Source: Octopus bimaculoides (Eukaryota). Taken from it: 40,984 bases of DNA. Every line of letters begins with the position of its first letter. Positions within the stretch are counted from its first letter, which is position 1. This document shows positions 1 to 9,440 of the stretch, piece after piece. A model generated the notes under the pieces. It saw only the letters and a list, made by a program, of their open reading frames with translations, did not search any database and had not been told where the DNA came from. A program made the translations under genes and the position numbers. The stretch spans positions 23,190,457 to 23,231,440 of the forward strand of contig NC_068998.1 of the NCBI RefSeq assembly GCF_001194135.2, written 5' to 3'.

Positions 1-32
<32 letters not shown>

Positions 33-81
33 TATCACCATTATTATCATTATTATTATTATTACCATCATTGTTATCATT

Positions 82-143
<62 letters not shown>
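1..143. repeat. (ATT)n microsatellite with ATC/ACC interruptions
   Basis: Direct reading. The poly-Leu ORF 71..295 is its artefact. Confidence 0.97.
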
Positions 144-146
<3 letters not shown>

Positions 147-394
147 TGCTATTTATATTATTATTCAAATTCTCATTCCTACCTGTTTCTCTAGACTTAA
201 GTATTTTAAGGTTATGTGCTGCTATTATCTGTGCTATGTTTCTAGTATTTGAAAATCCAAATCTGATTATATGTGTGTTTATAATCTTACCATAGTGTGA
301 GCTCCTTGGGAAGTGTCTACCTATCACTTCTCTAAACTTTTTATATTTTCTTTATCGTTAATTGTCTTCATATTCTGAGAGTGAACTTCTTTAC

Positions 395-590
395 ACACAC
401 AAGCTCACTCATTCACATACACGCACACATGCACACACACATGCACGCACACAGAGAGACAAACACGCATACATATGGAAACACATAAACTCCAAACATC
501 AAAGTACAGATGCACACACGCACGAGCACAGAGAGGCACAAACGCCACCGCATACCACAACAATACACTCACACACACACGCAAACATAT
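395..590. repeat. Degenerate (CA)n-rich low-complexity tract
   Basis: CACA/CACG runs; His/Thr-rich artefactual ORF. Confidence 0.85.
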
Positions 591-775
591 GTAGTGAAAA
601 TTCCTATAAAATTTATCTTTACAAGTGGTGAAATTTAATCAATCCATATATCTATCTATTTATCTATCTATCTATTGATCAATCTATTTGTTTATTTAGT
701 TTTATTTTATTACATTTTTTATATACTTTTTGTTTCATTGTTTATTTTTATCTCGACCTATATACTTCAGTTTCT

Positions 776-1005
776 TATTTCTTTATTGCCCACAAGGGGC
801 TAAACATAGAGCGGACAAACAAGGACATACAAAGGGATTAAGTCAAGTACATCGACCTCAGTGCATAACTGGTACTTATTTAAACGACCCCGAAAGGATG
901 AAAGGCAAGGTCGACTTCGGCGGAATTTGAACTCAGAACGGAACGGCAGACGAAATACCGCTAAGCATTTCACGCGCAATGCTAACGTTTCTGCCAACTA
1001 GCTGC
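776..1005 (-). mobile_element. tRNA-derived SINE, full length, flanked by a ~30-bp TSD
   Basis: Minus strand has an A-box-like TGGCAGAAACGTT (984-996) and a B box GAGTTCAAATTC (923-934). Head and core align with the copy at 8966. A-rich tail AATAAAGAAATAAG. Flanking direct repeats at 746-775 and 1006-1036. Confidence 0.9.
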
Positions 1006-1139
1006 TTTTATACTCGACCTATATACCTCAGTTTCTATTCGTCTCACATCAGACCAATATACATAGAACAAACCCTCCACATAATATACAGGCACATCCT
1101 GCACATTCACAAAGGTTGACATCTCCCAACATGTACAAA

Positions 1140-1526
1140 TGCAACCCTCCACACGCATAATGCACACATAGACGCACAAACATACATACACATATCGATA
1201 TATACATACATAAATACACATATACACACATCCACACATGCGCTCGCCCCCACACTCATGTGTACTCATTCACACACAGCCACACATACATACCCATATA
1301 GAGGCCTTCTCACACACTCATACATACATATTCGCACACACACTCACTTATACTCACATACATTCATACGCACATTACTAAACACGTTGATACAAATAGA
1401 AACATCAACACACACCCACACTTAGTATCTCAACCCTCACACCTCATCACACATCACATACATCACCAACACACTCACGCACACACAAGCTCACCCCACA
1501 CGCAAACACGGCCTCACACACTCGTA

Positions 1527-1570
<44 letters not shown>

Positions 1571-2570
1571 NNNNNNNNNNNNNNNNNNNNNNNNNNNNNN
1601 NNNNNNNNNNNNNNNNNNNNNNNNNNNNNNNNNNNNNNNNNNNNNNNNNNNNNNNNNNNNNNNNNNNNNNNNNNNNNNNNNNNNNNNNNNNNNNNNNNNN
1701 NNNNNNNNNNNNNNNNNNNNNNNNNNNNNNNNNNNNNNNNNNNNNNNNNNNNNNNNNNNNNNNNNNNNNNNNNNNNNNNNNNNNNNNNNNNNNNNNNNNN
1801 NNNNNNNNNNNNNNNNNNNNNNNNNNNNNNNNNNNNNNNNNNNNNNNNNNNNNNNNNNNNNNNNNNNNNNNNNNNNNNNNNNNNNNNNNNNNNNNNNNNN
1901 NNNNNNNNNNNNNNNNNNNNNNNNNNNNNNNNNNNNNNNNNNNNNNNNNNNNNNNNNNNNNNNNNNNNNNNNNNNNNNNNNNNNNNNNNNNNNNNNNNNN
2001 NNNNNNNNNNNNNNNNNATATATACGCACTCATACCCCCACACACATTCATACACACATATATATTCTCCCACACACAGTCGCACACGCATACACGCACG
2101 GGTACGCCTGCTCATGAGTACATATGCCCACACACAAACACCCACGTACACACAAGTACTCAGAAAAACACGCACGCCTACATCAATGCACCCATACACG
2201 CTCCACCTTACCTCTCTCTCCCAGCCACACACACATACATGTAACACACACACGCGCTAACATATTACTCCTCGCACACGACTTTATACCCACTCCTACG
2301 CACATATATAGCCACGGACTCATAATCACAAAAACACTCATAGCTGTACACACAGACGCACTCGTTCGCATATACACCCACACGCACGCACGAAGACATT
2401 TCTCTCCCTTGTACGCACCCATGCATAAACATGTACACATACATCCACACCCACTCACTAACTTACACTCTTTTTACTTCTTTCGATTGAACCAAACACC
2501 TGCTACTAACCTGCTAGTTGACATACACAAACACAACCACACTCACATAGACACTGCAACACACACACAC
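1140..2570. repeat. Degenerate (CA)n/(TA)n microsatellite field spanning gap 1571-2017
   Basis: Direct reading. All ORFs here are dinucleotide artefacts. Confidence 0.85.
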
Positions 2571-3337
2571 AGATATACTGACCATGTTCGCACTCTCCTG
2601 TCCACCAAAACCGCTTCCCCTATCTCTTTCTACATCCGGTCACTTCAGCAATTTAAATAAACCCGTGCTGCTTGCGATATGTCTTCCTTGTTTTGATATT
2701 TATCTTTCTCGCTTCCGTTGAAGAGTTATACTCGTAACAACAAAAGCCTTTCTTCTCTTTTCTCTCTCAGTATATATATAAANNNNNNNNNNNNNNNNNN
2801 NNNNNNNNNNNNNNNNNNNNNNNNNNNNNNNNNNNNNNNNNNNNNNNNNNNNNNNNNNNNNNNNNNNNNNNNNNNNNNNNNNNNNNNNNNNNNNNNNNNN
2901 NNNNNNNNNNNNNNNNNNNNNNNNNNNNNNNNNNNNNNNNNNNNNNNNNNNNNNNNNNNNNNNNNNNNNNNNNNNNNNNNNNNNNNNNNNNNNNNNNNNN
3001 NNNNNNNNNNNNNNNNNNNNNNNNNNNNNNNNNNNNNNNNNNNNNNNNNNNNNNNNNNNNNNNNNNNNNNNNNNNNNNNNNNNNNNNNNNNNNNNNNNNN
3101 NNNNNNNNNNNNNNNNNNNNNNNNNNNNNNNNNNNNNNNNNNNNNNNNNNNNNNNNNNNNNNNNNNNNNNNNNNNNNNNNNNNNNNNNNNNNNNNNNNNN
3201 NNNNNNNNNCCACGAACACAAATTAAATTATTAGAAATATATTATTTCTAAATTTGAAATCAGTGAATGTATTTCACTAGAATTACTATATGTTTACAAG
3301 AGCTTGACGGGCATCTTCGACTAGCAAGTCATGCTAC

Positions 3338-3380
3338 TCCAGACTGATGACGAGCAAAGACTCAGAAACATATCTCTGGA
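3338..3380 (+). ncRNA. Minimal type-I hammerhead ribozyme-like motif, probably a degenerate relic
   Basis: TCCAGA-CTGATGA-C-GAG(CAAAGA)CTC-A-GAAAC-ATA-TC-TCTGGA. Perfect 6-bp stem I, intact CUGAUGA and GAAA core, 3-bp stem II, NUH=AUC. Two mismatched pairs (C.A at the base of stem II, C.A in stem III). Confidence 0.45.
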
Positions 3381-3491
3381 TGCCGGCTTAGCTGGGTGGA
3401 GGTGCTTGTCTCCCCCTTGTAAACATAAAGACACAGGAAATGTGTCAAGGCCGACAGGAAGCGGTGCAGCTTCCTAGGTCTAACCAGCAGC

Positions 3492-3547
3492 AGTATTATT
3501 CCCTTCAGGGGACTGTCACATTAAGTTGACAGCATACAACTACTTCA
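3492..3547 (+). repeat. 56-bp direct repeat, copy 1 (partner 6746-6801)
   Basis: AGTATTATTCCCTTCAGG[G/A]GACTGTCACATTAAGTTGACAGCATACAACTACTTCA; 1 mismatch between the copies. Confidence 0.95.
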
Positions 3548-3606
3548 GAATAATCTCAATTTTAATAGTATAATTAAGGTTACCACAACGTATATACATA
3601 CATACA

Positions 3607-3864
3607 TGCTGTGATGTAATTTGTTAATTAAAATAAATAAAATAACCAGAAAACAGTAAAAACAATGTGACGAACAAACAAATCTTTTTACGAACCAACA
3701 ATCAAAATACCTTGACAACTAATCAACCGACACCTTCCGACTTCACTGCGAATTAATACAAACTTCACTCAAATCCATGCTCTGAACTCACTTGGATCGT
3801 TACTATTTAAGTGTACTCGGACTAGTCCCTCTCGCAAGTGGACGTCGTAACTCTCATCACAACA
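3607..3864 (-). repeat. Putative 258-bp 3' LTR
   Basis: Starts TGTTGTGATG directly after the PPT and ends CATCACAGCA; 9/10 terminal inverted match. No partner 5' LTR in the window. Confidence 0.65.
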
Positions 3865-4049
3865 TCTCCCCATTACTGTAAGAAAGTGGAATTTATTTTA
3901 TTTTTACTTTTTATTTGCAGCACCACTCCTTTTTGTTTTGTTTTAGCTGCTGTATCTTAATCGTTGCCTGACATTTAAGGTGGTATGGTCCGCTGCGCAC
4001 AGCACTTTTCTTGTCGTTGTACTAAGCACTCTTGTTAGCACTGTTATTT

Positions 4050-4980
4050 TGTTTGAAAATTGAGTATCTTTTTCGTTTACGTATTCCAGATATTCAGCCC
4101 GTTTTCGTTTTGTGGAGCTAGTTCTACAGGGTTCAATATCCTTCGGTGCTGGCACTTCAAACATATCATGGAAAACTTCCATTGGTATTAACCTTCGTTA
4201 TTCCGTATGTCTCATCTCTAACTCGTTAGGGTGTCTCCTATGTTCTAAGCGTTGTCCTTTAACTAAATATAACATGTTACATCATCTTTTGATTACACCT
4301 CCATCCTCCCAACCTTTGTTTACCATTTCTGTAATTTTTTAAATAAACTTATTCTTCTACTTCGAAATGTTTTGTATTATTTCTTGTATTTCCTTTAAAT
4401 GTATTTTTTGTATTTCTTTTATATGCATTTTCTCCATGCCATAATTTATCGAAGATTGATTTTGTTTTAGGCTCGAACTCTAATTTTCTTGTGACTTTCA
4501 GGAATTAGTATCTGGATTTGGCGTTATTTTATATACTCTCAAAAATTTCGGTAGTGTCTCGCCATTATCTAGCTCGTTCCAAGCTCTCTCCTAGTGCTCT
4601 TTTGAACGTGTAGACAGATATTTCCGGGTACCCAGTTGACCTCGGGTGGTAAAGCGGAGTAAAGATGTCTTCTGTGGCATAAACTTTGTAGAAATTTCTT
4701 AATTCATATCCCGTGAATAGTGTTCTATAATGTGAAACTGACGTCTCTGGAACACCGTATCGAGCAAATAACTTGAGTAGGAAATTTATTGTATTTTTGT
4801 GGGTTTATGACATCTGCATGCCTTTGGTCACTTTGTATAGCTATCCACAACGATCAGATAGTATGCGTCGTTCACTTGTCCAGCTAAGTCGATATTTGTC
4901 CTTGAACATGGGCTCTCAGTCTCCGGCCATAATTCGTATTTTACTGGTAGTGCTTTGATTGCCAATGAAGAGTTAAAGTG
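4050..4980 (-). pseudogene. Gypsy integrase (rve core and C-terminal region) with stops and frameshifts
   Basis: Manual translation: WPETESPCSRTNIDLAGQVNDAYYLIVVDSYTK*P / TINFLLKLFARYGVPETSVS..TPLYHPRSTG..TFKRAL / FLRVYKITPNPDTNS. These match the Gypsy motifs WSRIHIDFAGP, LIVVDSFSKWPE, FARYGVPxTIVSDNG and YHPRSNG. Confidence 0.9.
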
Positions 4981-5231
4981 AAAGTTTTTTAACGTTCCCC
5001 CGAGTACTCTCGGACAAACTAGGTCTATGCGTGTTTGAATTACATGATAACGTTACCATCTATCCCCTTAGAAATATTAATAACAAGGTTATTACCTCTG
5101 AAGTCAATTCCAAAAGACTTAAGTTTATGTCAAGTAAATCTAAAATTAAAAATTGTATATAACAGGTTAAAATTCCTTCAGGTACCGATATCTTTTTTTA
5201 TATAGGTAGCTCTTCTCAGTTATCTAAAAGA

Positions 5232-5271
5232 ATTTCTAATCATTACTCTACATTTCTAATCATTACTCTAC
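5232..5271. repeat. Perfect 20-bp tandem duplication
   Basis: ATTTCTAATCATTACTCTAC x2. Confidence 0.95.
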
Positions 5272-6531
5272 ACAAACGTAACAGTACAGGGCTTAATAAA
5301 TTAATTTGGTATCTGAAAGACCATAATGAGCAATTTAATTTAAACTGGTTGATTCTCTTAATTTCGTTCCTTTATGATAAAGGCAGGGAATTCTGTCTTC
5401 TCTGTAATTCTGAACATTTAAGAATTTTTTTCTTCTAGAAATACCATTGTAAACACGGTAATAGAGCACGCTTACTGATGCAAACATTGGCAGAAAGAAA
5501 CCTTTAGTTCATATAAGTGATATCTATCATTATATATAATTTAAACATTGCTTTTTTTTTACATTCTACTTTCACTAAATATATCTTTCTATATCGTTCT
5601 TTACTTCTCATTTATTTGGTTTCTGATTTTTCCTTTCCTTCACCCCTCCTCTTTCTATAGGATAACTTTGACTTTATATATTCCAAAGTTTTTTTTTTTA
5701 AACTTAATAGCGTGCAGTTCATCACTTTTCATATCCATCATATTCTCTTAAAATGTCTTATTGACGAGTTTTATTTCTTCATTTCCCTGAAGAGAAGATT
5801 ACATCATTTTACACCATTTAATACCTTTGGAATAATACCAAATATATCTTCGAAATATGAGCAAGAATTAAAAGAATTTNNNNNNNNNNNNNNNNNNNNN
5901 NNNNNNNNNNNNNNNNNNNNNNNNNNNNNNNNNNNNNNNNNNNNNNNNNNNNNNNNNNNNNNNNNNNNNNNNNNNNNNNNNNNNNNNNNNNNNNNNNNNN
6001 NNNNNNNNNNNNNNNNNNNNNNNNNNNNNNNNNNNNNNNNNNNNNNNNNNNNNNNNNNNNNNNNNNNNNNNNNNNNNNNNNNNNNNNNNNNNNNNNNNNN
6101 NNNNNNNNNNNNNNNNNNNNNNNNNNNNNNNNNNNNNNNNNNNNNNNNNNNNNNNNNNNNNNNNNNNNNNNNNNNNNNNNNNNNNNNNNNNNNNNNNNNN
6201 NNNNNNNNNNNNNNNNNNNNNNNNNNNNNNNNNNNNNNNNNNNNNNNNNNNNNNNNNNNNNNNNNNNNNNNNNNNNNNNNNNNNNNNNNNNNNNNNNNNN
6301 NNNNNNNNNNNNNNNNNNNNNNNNNNNNNNNNNNNNNNNNNNNNNNNNNNNNNNNNNNNNNNNNNNNNNNNNNNNNNNNNNNNNNNNNNNNNNNNNNNNN
6401 NNNNNNNNNNNNNNNNNNNNNNNNNNNNNNNNNNNNNNNNNNNNNNNNNNNNNNNNNNNNNNNNNNNNNNNNNNNNNNNNNNNNNNNNNNNNNNNNNNNN
6501 NNNNNNNNNNNNNNNNNNNNNNNNNNNNNNN

Positions 6532-6690
6532 TTCTAGCAGCTACACTTTCAGCGCACCCACCCCCACTACTAACTTGGTCGCCCAGATAGCGGAAGCTAT
6601 CGACTACCTCTAGTTTTTCACCCTGGAATGAGATAGAAGTTGTTTCCTGTTTGTTTGCAGTCTTTATTGCACCTGAACATCTGCCACAAA
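6532..6690 (-). mobile_element. RTE-type LINE fragment (RT C-terminal region), running into the gap
   Basis: CGRCSGAIKTANKQETTSISFQGEKLEVVDSFRYLGDQVSSGGGCAESVAAR contains the LEVVDSFxYLG motif typical of RTE-clade RTs. Confidence 0.85.
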
Positions 6691-6745
6691 CATATATATA
6701 TATATATATTTGCCACGTCATGTACCCGGTTATGTACCTATATGT

Positions 6746-6801
6746 AGTATTATTCCCTTCAGGAGACTGTCACATTAAGTTGACAGCATACAACTACTTC
6801 A
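6746..6801 (+). repeat. 56-bp direct repeat, copy 2 (partner 3492-3547)
   Basis: 55/56 identity to copy 1. Confidence 0.95.
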
Positions 6802-6849
6802 TCGTATCACTACTACATAAATCTCTCCGAGAGATTTAGAAATGTATTA

Positions 6850-7059
6850 TTTCTGAGATTATTCCGTAATGCTTTTTATTTATATAGCTTGGAATTGCTC
6901 ACGCATTAACTTGTACCTTCTAGATTTCAAAGAGGTGAATGTTTATTTTTAGCATGACATTGTAGGAACGGTGTAAGAGGCAAAATCTGGCCAGTTTGTA
7001 CCTAAAACAGGTAGAATATCATGCCCAGTAATGGCCGGTTTAAATACTGAAGTGTTTAA
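6850..7059. mobile_element. Eroded non-autonomous DNA element (TTAA-ended MITE-like repeat)
   Basis: Resembles, from memory, a common octopus repeat ending GGCCGGTTTAAATGCTAAAGGGTTAA; here ATGGCCGGTTTAAATACTGAAGTGTTTAA. TIRs are not verifiable in this copy. Confidence 0.45.
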
Positions 7060-7439
7060 AAGAATTTATAATTAAATTACACGCGTATTCACAAAACAGT
7101 TAATTTCGAGTCACTCTTTCTTCATTAAACACTTTCGTGATTGGAAAAAAAATGTCTAAACGCAGTAAGGCGCCTGTCATATGATTCGTTTCTAACTTAA
7201 TCAAACAGAAACGTTGATCCAACATTTCACTTTTCATTGCGCATGCGCATAAATGGTGATCTGGTAACTCCGGTCTCAAACAGTACAAAAGCGGTTGCTG
7301 CATAACATTGCTCATTTGTTACGAGACGTGCATGATATCGTTTTTTTAAAAAAAATATCATTTCTTCACTGGTTTATTATTGTCCTTATTTTATCTTATA
7401 TCCCGTTTTTTGTGGGGAAGTCATTTTCTTTTTGTGCCT

Positions 7440-7600
7440 TATAATTTAACACACTCACCGCTAAAATACCGCTTTGCGTTGCGTCTTGCAATCTTTTCAA
7501 TAGCCTTGACTATTGAAAAGGTTGCAAGACGCAACGAAAATTTTAGGAAAATAAAATAAGCGATAAGTGGGAATGTTACCGGTCAGTGTGTCAAATTATA
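7440..7600. mobile_element. Palindromic MITE with TA ends
   Basis: Terminal IR TATAATTTAACACACTCACCG (7440-7460) vs 7580-7600, 2 mismatches. Central 27-bp stem 7477-7503 / 7510-7536 with one G.T pair and a 6-nt loop. Confidence 0.85.
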
Positions 7601-7896
7601 ATGCACAAAAAGAAAATGACTCTCCCCAGACACAACAGAATATGTTTCAACACACGAACTCACATAGAGAATCTTTCAAACCAAATCCAAAAACGAGACA
7701 TTTTATACCTATTGTCTGTATGCAAATCTTTCGTCACACATCTGTGAACTCTTCAGCAACTCTTCAACCCCACGTGTATCTTCCTGTTCTGTTTAGTTCA
7801 TTCCGGATGAAAGATCGCATGACAACGGATGTAAGATAAACTAAGAACAATAATAAACGAGTGACGAACGAATATATAGTGCTCGCGTTTATTTCG

Positions 7897-7899
7897 AAA

Positions 7900-7942
<43 letters not shown>

Positions 7943-7944
7943 AT
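7897..7944. repeat. (AAAT)n microsatellite
   Basis: Direct reading. Confidence 0.97.
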
Positions 7945-8822
7945 CAAATGAACAAATAACTAAAAATAACCATCTCGAAATATAACAATTACATTGATTA
8001 AATATGATGAAATTTGTCTTTATCGGCTAATACAATACTTTCGGACCATCGTTCACTTTCTAAAAGCTGCTTTCAGAAATAGGTTCCTATATCGTGCAGC
8101 ATATCATCATCATCATCATCAACGTCGTAGTCGTCGTCAGTATCATCATTTTCCCCAACACCACTACAGCCATGAACGACCTCACCATCATTAGGCCTGT
8201 CGCTTATACTCATTTATTCCATCAACAACTTAATTATCCATTTGGGAACACAAATATAATATATCGTGCATTAATGATACGTTAAGGATCTTAGCTCTAT
8301 AAATTTATTTTACAAAATTCATTTATCTTAGTTTCGATATTAATTAGCACCATGTGATTAATTAAATTTTATAAATTAAACTTCAGCTCTATTTCCTTCT
8401 TATTTTCCCTTATCCTTCATCATGTTGTGTCCTAGAGTCTTCAGTAATCCCCCTTCTCAAACCATCACTCCGCTCCCTGCGTTAGTTATTTTGCCGACTA
8501 CATGTAATTCATTCAACCTTGCCACCTCTCAATTTCACATTTATTAAGTACTGCCTAATGAAAGACACGCATACCACTTACTTCAATCGTAATTTCCACT
8601 TGACTTAAACAGTCAAGGAAGAAAATAAGAACAATGAAAGCGAACAGAATTAACTTATGGCATCGAAGAACGAATAAAACCAGATTAACACATTCAATTA
8701 AATTCTGCCGTTGTTCTATTCTTCGTCAACTAGTTTTTTTGTCATACCATAGTAGCAAACAAAGGAAATATGTTGATAGGCATTCTTATTTAAATTATTA
8801 GCATTTTTTAAATACAAGCTTC

Positions 8823-8830
8823 ATTATTTG

Positions 8831-8861
<31 letters not shown>

Positions 8862-8869
8862 GTCATCGC

Positions 8870-8917
<48 letters not shown>

Positions 8918-8949
8918 NNNNNNNNNNTTATTATTATTATTATTATTAT
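8823..8949. repeat. Compound (CAT)n-(TAT)n microsatellite with a 10-N gap
   Basis: Direct reading. Confidence 0.96.
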
Positions 8950-8965
8950 CAATACTACTACTACT

Positions 8966-9190
8966 GATGTGGTGAGCTGGCAGAAAGGTAAGCACGCTGG
9001 GCGAAATGCCTAGCGTTCTTTCGTCTGTCTTTGCGTTCTGCGTTGAAATTCCGCCGAGGTCGACTTTCCCTTTCATCCTTTCGGTTTCGATAAATTAAGT
9101 ACCAATTGTCTACCGATGTCCATCTATTCGACTGGCCCCCTCCCCCAAATTTCGGGCATTGCACTTAGAATAGAAAATATTATTATTATT
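8966..9190 (+). mobile_element. tRNA-derived SINE (same head and core as 776-1005, different 3' tail)
   Basis: GGTGAGCTGGCAGAAAG...GTTGAAATTCCGCCGAGGTCGACTTTCCCTTTCATCCTTTCGG...AAATTAAGTACCA, then ...CCCCCAAATTTCGGGCATTG...TAGAAAATATT(ATT)n. Confidence 0.88.
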
Positions 9191-9403
9191 ACAATATACC
9201 CACGGAAAGTTATATTGGAATTAAATTCTTCAGAAACCCCACATTCTGTCTTCATGCCACCACGTAACGATAGATACATAAATTTGTAAATATAAACATA
9301 CACCAATAAATTAAAACATCTCTGATATAATAAAAAAAATGCTATAATAGGCAAGCAATTAAGAGTAATCGGATCAGATGTCTGATCTATATTCTTTCTA
9401 TAT

Positions 9404-9440
9404 ATTGAGAGAGAATGCCATTGTGGCGTTCTCTCTCAAT
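9404..9440. other. 17-bp hairpin
   Basis: ATTGAGAGAGAATGCCA-ttg-TGGCGTTCTCTCTCAAT; one G.T pair. Confidence 0.9.

Larger units (their letters stand above)
3607..4985 (-). mobile_element. 3' part of a decayed Ty3/Gypsy LTR retrotransposon (integrase + PPT + 3' LTR)
   Basis: Integrase remnant followed on the minus strand by a purine tract GGGGAGA (3865-3871) and then a TG...CA-bounded segment. Confidence 0.88.

Noticed and set aside
5280-5420. Minus-strand IPCLYHKG...DTKLIY*AL resembling an L1/Tx1 RT motif
   Set aside because: The match is too short and degenerate, with altered spacing.
7100-7315. 71-aa ORF with MLDQRFCLIK (mariner-start-like) and palindrome GCGCATGCGC
   Set aside because: No downstream transposase motifs or TIR pair found.
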